NCBI GenBank assembly: GCA_001789555.1
Contig: MFZZ01000042.1
Coordinates: forward strand, 11,244 to 75,243
Origin: Candidatus Roizmanbacteria bacterium RIFCSPHIGHO2_12_FULL_38_13
GTDB lineage: Bacteria; Patescibacteriota; Microgenomatia; UBA1406; GWC2-37-13
Length of the DNA: 64,000 nucleotides
Direction of reading: 5' to 3'
The position numbers and the translations under genes are program-made. This document shows, one piece after another, positions 16,285-25,149 of this stretch. Each line of letters starts with the position of its first letter. Position 1 is the first letter of the stretch. The notes under the pieces are model-generated. The model did no database searches and was not told where the DNA came from. It was given only the letters and a program-made list of their open reading frames with translations.

Positions 16285-16472
16285 ATAAAAAGTTCCATGA
16301 GTTTTTTTCTATTAGGAAAGAGATGTAGTTTGTTCCAGTATTTTTTTACTTCAGCTAATTTGATTTTTTTACCCTTTTCCGGTCCATAATTTATTTGTCT
16401 TTCAAGAAGAAAAATTCTGCCTTTTTCTGACTTTTTGAGTTCGTTTTCATTGTAATCCCAGACTGATTTCAT
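16281..16472 (-). CDS. small protein, possible antitoxin-like partner
   Basis: MKSVWDYNENELKKSEKGRIFLLERQINYGP...KYWNKL. From memory, resembles a short family found next to nucleotidyltransferase toxins in small genomes. Confidence 0.35.
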   Translation of the reverse strand: MKSVWDYNENELKKSEKGRIFLLERQINYGPEKGKKIKLAEVKKYWNKLHLFPNRKKLMELFI

Positions 16473-16811
16473 ATGATTTAAGTATAACATAGTTAAGGTT
16501 CGACACAGCAACCAGTGCCGGTAAATTTTTTGCTATGCTCAGAGTACTATTGGGAACCATTTGCTTGCCAAAATTAAATATTGATATGGGCAGTTATGAT
16601 TTTGGTGATAAACATGTCCGCGTAGGTTTTGGAAGAAAAAAATCTAATACTTAATGCTTCCGCGCCTAACTACTTTCTTTTGTGTTGTTTTTCGCAAAAT
16701 TTTACTTAGTCAACAATAGATATTGCTTTATGCTACAATACAAAGTAGTAAAAAAACGAGACCAAAAATGAAGGTTATCCAGTAATTCAAGGACTTCTTA
16801 CAAAAGAAAAT

Positions 16812-17699
16812 ATGAGTATTACGGAGTCCGTCATTAGACGGCATCAGATATTGCAATCAGCTGCTTTAAATAGTCTTAAATCTCTTAAATTAAATATACC
16901 ACCAAGTTTAACTCCAATTTCAACAAGCTATGATCGGGTAGTCTTTTGTGATCCGGAGATGAAGGTAATTGCAAAAGTATATGATCAAGGAAATATTCTA
17001 AAACATGAGTTTAATATGTTAACACAAGCTGAAGAAGCAGGGGTGCCAGTTCCACACGTTTTTGGTTTCACCGAGGGTAAACCTGCAGTACTTGTTACCC
17101 AGATGGTGCAAGGTAGCAAACTATCATCTGCGAATCCCAATTCAGCCCGTGAAGCCGGTATGTACTTACGCCGTTTCCACGAACTTAAAGCCAAACCCCC
17201 GTTTGCAGAAGGACAGGAAACTTGGCAAGATTATGTGCTCTCCAGAGCTGACAGAGCTATAGATTGGATGATGGCAAACAATATTCCAGACTTTCGTGGT
17301 GTCGATTTAAGATATTTACGTCAATTATTTCTAAAACAAAAACCCAATTTTACTGGAAGACCTGTAAAACGTCTTCACGGAGATTTTCAGCCAAATCACG
17401 TTCTCATTGATCCTACAGCTGATAAAGTGATGGCGTTTATTGATTTTGCTGATGCTCAACCCGGTGATCCTCTTTGGGATGTTGCGGTAGTGTCATTATG
17501 GGATAAACAAATAGCAGATTTAGTTTTGGGAGGATATAATTCTGAAGTTTTAGCAAATGCTGCAAAAGGCCTGCTTCCGTATTACAGACTGTTGCGGCAT
17601 TTAGTAGAAATTCCGTGGAGATTTAAACGAGGTCGTCGTGAATCCGACAAGTCGAACTTAGCAGCAATTCAAGGCATTCTTAAGGAAGAATTGCCTTAG
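16812..17699 (+). CDS. aminoglycoside phosphotransferase (APH)-family kinase
   Basis: HGDFQPNHVLID catalytic loop and FIDFADAQPGDPLWDVA. Visibly more GC-rich than its flanks. Confidence 0.75.
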   Translation: MSITESVIRRHQILQSAALNSLKSLKLNIPPSLTPISTSYDRVVFCDPEMKVIAKVYDQGNILKHEFNMLTQAEEAGVPVPHVFGFTEGKPAVLVTQMVQGSKLSSANPNSAREAGMYLRRFHELKAKPPFAEGQETWQDYVLSRADRAIDWMMANNIPDFRGVDLRYLRQLFLKQKPNFTGRPVKRLHGDFQPNHVLIDPTADKVMAFIDFADAQPGDPLWDVAVVSLWDKQIADLVLGGYNSEVLANAAKGLLPYYRLLRHLVEIPWRFKRGRRESDKSNLAAIQGILKEELP

Positions 17700-17905
17700 A
17701 GCGAAATGCGATTCTTAATGAGATATGGCATAGGTAAATCTTAGTTATAAAAGATAATCAAACTTGATAAAATGTGGCTTAAGTGGTTTACGACTAAAAA
17801 AAGTACTAAAATATACCTATGCCGCGGAAAGAAATGCAAAACCGAACAATTGAAATAATTTATACATTCTTTTCTACCAAAAGGCCAGCATAAAGTATAA
17901 ATGCC

Positions 17906-18952
17906 ATGAGGAAATTTATTTCCAATATTTCAAAACATGTAATTGTCACACAGGACCTAGCGGGCTACTCATATTTTGAAAATTTTTTAATTTCAACTGT
18001 TTCGACGATACTTCTTGTTCGATTTTACCTTCATCTTGCTAACTATCCGCAGATAGGTGTCGGCGGTCTACATATTGCCCACATGCTCTGGGGTGGACCA
18101 ATCCTTATGGTCGCGCTGATTTTGACACTGCTTTTCTTGGATCGCTGGATACGAGCATTTGCGGCAGTATTAGGAGGCATAGGATTCGGGTTTTTTATAG
18201 ATGAGCTTGGCAAATTTATAACTTCAGACAATAATTATTTCTTCCAGCCAACGATCGCACTGCTTTATGTCATTTTCATCATGCTTTATCTACTGCTTCT
18301 TTTTCTAAAAAAATATATGCATGTTACGTCATCGGAGTATTTGTCAAATGCAATAGACATATTCAGAGATGGTATCACTAATGGTATGTCACCTCAATCT
18401 AGAGAACAGATTATTGAATATTTAAAAAAGTCAGGTACCCAGATGACACTAATGACACTAAGCACTGTCATGTCAATAAAATTATTTGATAAAACGAGAG
18501 ATTTTTCTCCACTTGATAAGTTAAAAAAACAATATTTTAAATATCTTCACAAAACTGTCAATTCAACAGTTTTTCAAAAAATAGTTATCTTTTCTATTGC
18601 GCTGAAGGCACTGATTACTGGTGTTGTAGTCATAACTATAATTTTGGCAATAACGGGTGTTTGGATCGATATTTCAATGCTTTCAACAGATATCGAGGTT
18701 AATTTCAAATCTCTGGGATTAACCATAAGTACTGTAATTTCTGGAACTCTCGCGCTTGCAGGATTGGTATCATATCCGATATCTAAAAAACGAGCATTTC
18801 TTTTTTTTCGTTATTATCTGCTTTTTTCAATATTTATAGTGCAATTTTTTCTCTTCTGGGCTAATCAATTCGATGCGCTGACGGGTCTGTTCTTTGACAT
18901 CCTCGCCCTGCAGACTGTGAATATTATTCTCAAAGAGTCAAAGAATGAATAA
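17906..18952 (+). CDS. polytopic membrane protein
   Basis: 348 aa with many hydrophobic segments. Confidence 0.5.
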   Translation: MRKFISNISKHVIVTQDLAGYSYFENFLISTVSTILLVRFYLHLANYPQIGVGGLHIAHMLWGGPILMVALILTLLFLDRWIRAFAAVLGGIGFGFFIDELGKFITSDNNYFFQPTIALLYVIFIMLYLLLLFLKKYMHVTSSEYLSNAIDIFRDGITNGMSPQSREQIIEYLKKSGTQMTLMTLSTVMSIKLFDKTRDFSPLDKLKKQYFKYLHKTVNSTVFQKIVIFSIALKALITGVVVITIILAITGVWIDISMLSTDIEVNFKSLGLTISTVISGTLALAGLVSYPISKKRAFLFFRYYLLFSIFIVQFFLFWANQFDALTGLFFDILALQTVNIILKESKNE

Positions 18953-18974
18953 TTTGAAGAATTTATAACATTAA

Positions 18975-19610
18975 ATGACTGAACAAACTGTATTACTACA
19001 AATATTATTGATCTTCATTATCCCGGTAGTCCTTGCCTATTTGGGGATTATTCCAGTAAAGATAAGGTTGTGGCTATTTCTTATTTTATTTTTTTTAGTG
19101 ATTGGTGTTAGTTATTTTGAAAGAATGAGTTTTGATGAGCTTGGGATACGATGGGATAACTTCTATGAAAGTCTTGTACCTTATTTATTACTTACAATAT
19201 TAGGTGTTACTTTAATAATTATTGTCGCTAAACTACTTAATAAAAAAATTCATCCCAGATGGTGGGAAAATCCGCATTTTCAATTCATGTTTATTTTCCT
19301 AAGTATCGCACAGGAATTCATGTATAGAGGATTCTTGATGTTAAAACTGGAATTGGTTATTTCTTCGGTATTTTTTGTAGTAATTCTTAACACCTTGATA
19401 TATATGTTCCTTCATATAATTTATCCAAATAAAGCCAGTAATTTATCACTTACATTTCTTGGAGGATTGGCATTTGCAACTGTGTATTATTACTATCCCA
19501 ATCTCATTTTGATTTCTATTTCTCATGCAATTCTTAATTTCTTCGCCGTATTATATGGTCTAGTAGGATTTGGTAGTGCAAGTAAACTTAATAAAGCGTG
19601 GAACAAGTAA
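18975..19610 (+). CDS. CPBP-family intramembrane glutamic protease (CAAX protease-like)
   Basis: AQEFMYRGFL (EExxxR-type motif 1), FLHIIY, and SHAILNF (motif 3). Confidence 0.7.
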   Translation: MTEQTVLLQILLIFIIPVVLAYLGIIPVKIRLWLFLILFFLVIGVSYFERMSFDELGIRWDNFYESLVPYLLLTILGVTLIIIVAKLLNKKIHPRWWENPHFQFMFIFLSIAQEFMYRGFLMLKLELVISSVFFVVILNTLIYMFLHIIYPNKASNLSLTFLGGLAFATVYYYYPNLILISISHAILNFFAVLYGLVGFGSASKLNKAWNK

Positions 19611-19659
19611 AAAACTTGTTTAAAAAAAATTCAACTAGTCACAAAAAATAAAATCTAGT

Positions 19660-19995
19660 ATGGAAAAAAAAGTTCTTTTACTAAGAGCTGTCCACACACT
19701 ATTTGCAATTTATTTTATATCCTGCATCTTTTATATCTACTACGCAGTCATTGTCGCGCGTTTTAATCTGGTCTTGATTATAGCGATTGTCAGTCTTATT
19801 ATTGAGGGAGTCCTAGTTTTTATATTAAATGGAGGAGATTGCCCGCTTATTCACATTCAAAAGAAACTCGATGACCCCATACCTTTCTTCAATCTATTTC
19901 TTCCGGATCATCTCGCCAAGAAAGCAACCCCGTTTTTTACAAATGTTACATTTTTAGGATTAATTTTGTTGGTTATCAGATTTTTATTAAAGTGA
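19660..19995 (+). CDS. small membrane protein
   Basis: 111 aa with three hydrophobic segments. Confidence 0.45.
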   Translation: MEKKVLLLRAVHTLFAIYFISCIFYIYYAVIVARFNLVLIIAIVSLIIEGVLVFILNGGDCPLIHIQKKLDDPIPFFNLFLPDHLAKKATPFFTNVTFLGLILLVIRFLLK

Positions 19996-20015
19996 CTAGT
20001 TGATATCATTTCCAT

Positions 20016-20396
20016 ATGAAAATGAAAAGCGTTTCCGGCGTAGTTTGTTATGTCAAGGATACAAATAAAACTGCCAAATTTTATGAAGCTCTTGGTTTTA
20101 CGTTTGAAAAGCGCGAACCAGATCATGTGTCTATTTTTTTAAACCGATTTTGGATAGACTTTCACCCGCAAGACAAAGAAGATAAACCCGAATTTCAAAA
20201 AGAGGCAAATCTGGACAACAAAGGCGCTGGTTTATTTTTATACATTAGCGTCGATGATGTTGACGCATTTTATAAAGGACTTCTTGCCAAAGGTTTGCAA
20301 CCTTCCAGCAAACCTCGTGACTGGCCATGGGGTAATAGAGAATTTGTAATCCGTGATCCAGATGGTTATAAATTGGTATTCTTTAAAAGAAAATAG
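20016..20396 (+). CDS. VOC (glyoxalase/bleomycin-resistance) family protein
   Basis: VCYVKDTNKTAKFYEALGF and VIRDPDGYKLVFF. Confidence 0.7.
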   Translation: MKMKSVSGVVCYVKDTNKTAKFYEALGFTFEKREPDHVSIFLNRFWIDFHPQDKEDKPEFQKEANLDNKGAGLFLYISVDDVDAFYKGLLAKGLQPSSKPRDWPWGNREFVIRDPDGYKLVFFKRK

Positions 20397-20414
20397 GGTT
20401 ATATAATAAATTTT

Positions 20415-20600
20415 ATGCAAGAATTTTTATGGGGTTTATGGAACGGACTTACAGCTTGGCCGGTACTCATCGCACATGTATTTGGATGGTGGACTAGCTT
20501 TCCGGTTTACAATGTAGCGCGTGATGGAGGCTGGTATCAATTCGGATTTTTACTCGGTGCCGGATCTCCGCTTTTGGGATTATTGGGGAAAAAGAAATAG
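20415..20600 (+). CDS. small Trp/Gly-rich membrane protein
   Basis: 61 aa ORF with two hydrophobic segments. Confidence 0.3.
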   Translation: MQEFLWGLWNGLTAWPVLIAHVFGWWTSFPVYNVARDGGWYQFGFLLGAGSPLLGLLGKKK

Positions 20601-20636
20601 TAATCCCATAAGAAAAATTATAGTATAATAGTATTT

Positions 20637-21152
20637 ATGGCAGTAGATCCCGTCAAAACTTCTCATAAGGGAATAGGTTGTGGATTGATGACCTTCATAA
20701 TCATGGTGGTAATTATTTTATTCATTATTGGTGGAAATTTTTTATTCGGAACCTATAGTGAAAACTGTGGAGATATACCGTTATTTGATTGTATTTCTGA
20801 TATCATGGCTGAAGATGAAGAAGCGGGACAAGATGTTGTCACGGCAACCGGACCTTATTCGTACAAAGATTATTCGATTACCATGACAGCGCAAGTCCCA
20901 CTTGAAGGAGGTGAAGTTACTGGTTCTGTAACTGGTGACTGTAATGGAAAAGTGACCGGTACCTACGACGGAGCAGATGGTGGCAGTATTTCAGGAAAAA
21001 TGGCTGGCAGTTGTAGCCTATTTTTTGTCAATGTTCCGGCAAGCGCTACTTTCGGCGGGGTCGTAAATAAAGAAAGTAAAACGGTGCCGATCAGCTTCCA
21101 GGGCAGTGGCGGCGGATTTTCTCATGAAGACTCAATATCGCTTGCTTATTAG
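20637..21152 (+). CDS. membrane-anchored Gly/Thr-rich protein
   Basis: One N-terminal transmembrane segment, then repeated GxVTG / GGS stretches. Confidence 0.4.
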   Translation: MAVDPVKTSHKGIGCGLMTFIIMVVIILFIIGGNFLFGTYSENCGDIPLFDCISDIMAEDEEAGQDVVTATGPYSYKDYSITMTAQVPLEGGEVTGSVTGDCNGKVTGTYDGADGGSISGKMAGSCSLFFVNVPASATFGGVVNKESKTVPISFQGSGGGFSHEDSISLAY

Positions 21153-21243
21153 TACATAAAGAGTCAACTTTAGGAAAGCGTCTTCACCATGTTGCACATT
21201 GTTTTTTGTTTGAGCGAAGATGATTAAAGGCTCAAAAATTGTA

Positions 21244-21272
21244 TTGACAATCGACTAATAATCGACTAAAAT
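21244..21272 (+). promoter_or_regulatory. sigma70-like promoter of fic (TTGACA-17 nt-TAAAAT)
   Basis: Consensus -35 box with exact 17-nt spacer. The -10 box ends 7 nt before the fic ATG, implying a leaderless or near-leaderless mRNA. Confidence 0.5.
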
Positions 21273-21279
21273 TAGACTA

Positions 21280-22314
21280 ATGTTTACTCCTTCGTACACC
21301 ATAACTAACCGTCTTCTTGCCAATATCAAGCGTATCAATTCTCTTATTACGAAACTCAATTCCCGACGTTTCCCTCATGTTGTGCTCATGGAACTTGAGC
21401 GCACTGCACGAGCTATATCAACATATGCCTCAACAAGCATTGAAGGGAATACACTTCCTTTGACAGAAGTAAAAAAAATTCTTAAATCAAAACCGGTTCA
21501 TATAAGAGCAAGCGAACAGGAGGTACTTAACTACAATGAAGCGCTTGAAACATTAAATGAGCAGATCGGTAAAAATCCTCCCGTTCTTTCACTGAATCTC
21601 TTACTCTCCATCCAAAAGAAAGTCATACACACCCTTCTTCCGGTCTCAGATATCGGACGGTTGAGACAAAAATCGGTCGTGGTCAATGATCCACGAACAG
21701 GACAGGTAGTTTTTATACCCCCAAATGTAAAAGACGTTCAACCGCTTATGGAAGATCTCATAACATTCATAAACACAAATCACAATACCATAGATCCGCT
21801 CATTCTTGCGGGAATATTTCATAAACAAATGGTCATCATTCATCCGTTCATGGATGGCAACGGCAGGACAACACGACTCGTTACAAAGGTATTACTGGCT
21901 GCGATGGGATTAAACACCTTCAATCTGTTCAGTTTTGAAAATTACTACAACAAAAACGTGACCAAGTATTTTCAGACTGTCGGAGAATATGGAGATTACT
22001 ATGAACTCAAAGACAAGATAAATTTTACTTCCTGGCTTGAGTATTTTACGGAAGGCATCATAGATGAACTTTTGAGAGTTCAGGAACTCCTTCCGAAAGC
22101 ATCTCATACACCTCAAACGGAACTCCAACCACATCATCTTGCTATTCTGGAATATATCCAAAAAAACGGGTATATAACAGACCGAGGTTACACACGGCTT
22201 ACCGATCGGGCTAAGGCAACACGGACGCTTGATTTTCAAAAACTTCTTAAATTACAGATTATTGGGCGTAAAGGGAAAGGAAAAGCGACGTATTATATAT
22301 TGAAAAAGTATTAA
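21280..22314 (+). CDS. Fic-family protein with C-terminal winged-helix-like tail
   Basis: HPFMDGNGRTTR, i.e. the Fic motif HPFx[D/E]GNGR. Confidence 0.85.
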   Translation: MFTPSYTITNRLLANIKRINSLITKLNSRRFPHVVLMELERTARAISTYASTSIEGNTLPLTEVKKILKSKPVHIRASEQEVLNYNEALETLNEQIGKNPPVLSLNLLLSIQKKVIHTLLPVSDIGRLRQKSVVVNDPRTGQVVFIPPNVKDVQPLMEDLITFINTNHNTIDPLILAGIFHKQMVIIHPFMDGNGRTTRLVTKVLLAAMGLNTFNLFSFENYYNKNVTKYFQTVGEYGDYYELKDKINFTSWLEYFTEGIIDELLRVQELLPKASHTPQTELQPHHLAILEYIQKNGYITDRGYTRLTDRAKATRTLDFQKLLKLQIIGRKGKGKATYYILKKY

Positions 22315-22330
22315 CATGAAAGTAGTCCTT

Positions 22331-22534
22331 TACTTGTGAGAGTTCACGGTCTTTGACAAATCTAGATCAATCTATATCACGTCATTCCGAACTCGCCTGC
22401 CCGCCGAATAGGAGGGTTTCGGAATCTCCTTGTTAAGATGCTGAAATCACCGCTTAGCGGGATCCCGCAAAAGGCGGGATAAATTCAGCATGACGAGTAT
22501 TGTGTCAAGACTTGTGAACTCTTACATAACAAGT
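22331..22534. mobile_element. MITE-like element: ~28-bp imperfect terminal inverted repeats around two hairpin modules
   Basis: Left end TACTTGTGAGAGTTCACGGTCTTTGACA, right end TGTCAAGACTTGTGAACTCTTACA...AAGT. The core holds CGTCATTCCGAA...TTCGGAAT and ATGCTGAA...TTCAGCATGACG hairpins. Confidence 0.55.
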
Positions 22535-22578
22535 TCCCACTGAGACAATCAATTTTTTTATGATAAACTTTCTCTAAC

Positions 22579-23748
22579 ATGTCCAATTCGGATTTACAAG
22601 AAAAAGCTCTCGATCTTCATAAAAAACACAAAGGAAAAATTACTGTAAAATCCAAAATTCCCCAAAGCGAAGATGAAACCTTTTCTCTTGTTTACACTCC
22701 TGGTGTGGCTGCAGCATCTAGAAAAATTGCGGAAGATACTAACTCTGTTTTTGATTATACGATCAAAAGTAATTTTGTTGCTGTCGTCTCTGACGGTACG
22801 GCTGTACTCGGATTGGGAAATATCGGACCCGAGGCGGCGATGCCGGTCATGGAAGGCAAGGCTTTACTTATGTCAGAGCTTGCCGGCATCGACGCTGTCC
22901 CACTTTGTATAAAAGCTGAAAATGCAGATGACATTATTCGTTTCGTAAAACAATGCGCACCGACATTTGGCGCTATAAATCTTGAGGATATTGCGGCACC
23001 GAGATGTTTTGAAGTCGAAGATCAATTGCAAGATATCGGCATTCCGGTTTTTCATGACGACCAGCATGGTACAGCAGTTGTGGTTTTCGCAGCATTGCTC
23101 AACGCCTGCCGTGTTCTTGGAAAAAAATTAAATAACCTTCGTGTCGTGATCGTGGGTTCCGGTGCTGCGGGCATCGCCGTCACCAAACTCATAGCAAATG
23201 CCGGTGAGGCAAACTTTCCTCAAGTCGCCGACATCAAACTTGTCGACTCGAAAGGTATAGTTTCTCCAAGCAGAACAGATATGAATTCATACAAACTTAA
23301 AATTGCACAAAAGATCAATAAAGAAAACAAGGAAGGCGATTTAGCCTTTGCACTTAAAGGCGCAGATGTTGTGGTTGGTTTATCAAGACCCGGGATTATC
23401 ACCAAACAAATGATCAAATCTATGAACCCTGATCCAATAGTTTTTGCGATGGCAAATCCTGTTCCTGAAATCATGCCTGATGAAGCAAAGGAAGTAGGAG
23501 CAGCGATTGTCGCCACCGGTAGGAGCGATTTACCCAATCAAATAAACAATGCACTAGGATTTCCCGGCATTTTCAGGGGATTATTAAACTGTCGTGCCAA
23601 GCGAGTTACCACAAAGATGAAATATGCGACTGCCAAAGTGTTGTCTGAATATGTTGTTTCACCTAAAGCCGATCAGCTTTTATCAAAGATAGGAGATAGG
23701 GAAGTTGTGAAAGTGGTGGCCGATGCGGTGAGTAGCTCTTACGAGTAA
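22579..23748 (+). CDS. NAD(P)-dependent malic enzyme (short, no PTA domain)
   Basis: YTPGVA, VVSDGTAVLGLGNIGP, FGAINLEDI, HDDQHGTAVV, GSGAAG and ANPVPEI blocks. Confidence 0.85.
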   Translation: MSNSDLQEKALDLHKKHKGKITVKSKIPQSEDETFSLVYTPGVAAASRKIAEDTNSVFDYTIKSNFVAVVSDGTAVLGLGNIGPEAAMPVMEGKALLMSELAGIDAVPLCIKAENADDIIRFVKQCAPTFGAINLEDIAAPRCFEVEDQLQDIGIPVFHDDQHGTAVVVFAALLNACRVLGKKLNNLRVVIVGSGAAGIAVTKLIANAGEANFPQVADIKLVDSKGIVSPSRTDMNSYKLKIAQKINKENKEGDLAFALKGADVVVGLSRPGIITKQMIKSMNPDPIVFAMANPVPEIMPDEAKEVGAAIVATGRSDLPNQINNALGFPGIFRGLLNCRAKRVTTKMKYATAKVLSEYVVSPKADQLLSKIGDREVVKVVADAVSSSYE

Positions 23749-23758
23749 AAAGCACTTT

Positions 23759-24679
23759 CTATAATTTCTTAGGAAATATTACAGAAAGCAGGAGAGAAAG
23801 TCCAAGTGCACTAATTATGACTGCAAATGACACAAGTGAAGAAATATGTAAATCAAGAATTCCCAAAAACATTTTGGCGCCAACAAAAATCAGGATAAAT
23901 GATAAACCTTTCTGAAGATGGTGAAATTTATGCAGGACATTTTCAAGCAGAAAAAATAGTGCCCGGAGTCCCATGACGGCAAAGATATTTGAGGTAAAAA
24001 CTATGAATGAATTTTGAGTGATCGCGAAAGCTGCCGGAATGGAATCAATCGCAAATATTATATCAGTGGTTTCAATAAGAATAATGATTAGGAAAAGAAT
24101 AGTGAAATATATTTTTCCTCCCTCTCTCACAATGAATTTTCCTCCGTGATGAGCAGTTGTAAATGGCAAATATTTTCTCGCAAATCGCACCACTTTGTTT
24201 TTTTCAAAATCTACATGCTCCTCTTTTTTATCAGCAAATAATTTTATACCAGTATAAATAAGTATTGCCCCAAAAATATATAGTACCCAGTGAAATTGAT
24301 CGATAATATAAGCACCGATAACGATAAATAATGCCCGGAAAACTATTGCCCCCAAGATGCCCCAGAACAAAACTTTGTGGTGGTATTTTTCTTCAATATT
24401 AAAAAAGTTAAAGATAAGCATGATCACGAAAAGATTGTCGACAGAAAGCATCTTTTCTGTTACATAAGCGCTCATAAACTGGGCGGCCGTTTCGCGATCT
24501 AAAAATATCAAGATCAATAGCGCAAAAGCAAAGGAAATAGCAATCCAAAATATTGATTGGATTAGAGCTGAAGTAGGACCAATTTTATGAGCCTTGCGGT
24601 TGAAATAGCCAAGGTCGACAATCAAAAATCCGCCAACAATAATGCTAAAAATTATAAAAAGATTAGTTTGGATCTCCAT
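23759..24679 (-). CDS. TerC-family integral membrane protein
   Basis: Polytopic protein with YVTEKMLSVDNLFV and AIDSIPAAFAIT blocks typical of TerC/Alx/YkoY. Confidence 0.75.
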   Translation of the reverse strand: MEIQTNLFIIFSIIVGGFLIVDLGYFNRKAHKIGPTSALIQSIFWIAISFAFALLILIFLDRETAAQFMSAYVTEKMLSVDNLFVIMLIFNFFNIEEKYHHKVLFWGILGAIVFRALFIVIGAYIIDQFHWVLYIFGAILIYTGIKLFADKKEEHVDFEKNKVVRFARKYLPFTTAHHGGKFIVREGGKIYFTILFLIIILIETTDIIFAIDSIPAAFAITQNSFIVFTSNIFAVMGLRALFFLLENVLHKFHHLQKGLSFILIFVGAKMFLGILDLHISSLVSFAVIISALGLSLLLSVIFPKKL

Positions 24680-24732
24680 AAATATGAAATTACATTATAG
24701 AGGTTTATAACTTAAAAGTTATGCTACATTCC

Positions 24733-25149
24733 CTATAAATCTTTTCTCATAAAAACAGAGTAAGGTTCATAAGTACTATAACCACATTTTTCATAGAATG
24801 TTACGACATGTAAATTCTCTAAATCAACCATTAGCCTTACTCTTGACACCCCGATTTTTTTAAGAGAAAATTCTACTTTTTGTAGTAATTTTTTACCTAC
24901 ACCTTTACGTTGCCAGTCAGGATGAACTGCTACATGATATATAAAAGCCCTTCGTCCATTGTTTGTTCCAAAAACGCTTCCGATTAGATGATCTTTATTT
25001 ACGGCTACAAAACATGATTCTGAATTAATGTTTAACATTTCAGCAAATTCCCTTTTTTCATTCTGATAAGTATCAAGTTTTAGCTTAGCTTTTTGCCATA
25101 ACTCATATACTCCATAAAAGTCGTTTTTTTGTATTAGCCTGATTTTCAT
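24733..25149 (-). CDS. GNAT-family N-acetyltransferase (last gene of the arg cluster)
   Basis: VAVHPDWQRKGVGKKLLQKV acetyl-CoA binding block. Overlaps the argF stop by 4 nt. Confidence 0.7.
   Translation of the reverse strand: MKIRLIQKNDFYGVYELWQKAKLKLDTYQNEKREFAEMLNINSESCFVAVNKDHLIGSVFGTNNGRRAFIYHVAVHPDWQRKGVGKKLLQKVEFSLKKIGVSRVRLMVDLENLHVVTFYEKCGYSTYEPYSVFMRKDL

Noticed and set aside
24680-24732. yybP-ykoY (Mn) riboswitch upstream of the TerC-family gene.
   Set aside because: Only 53 nt separate the TerC start from the preceding GNAT stop, which is too short for the ~100-nt four-helix motif. No conserved riboswitch core sequence was recognised.
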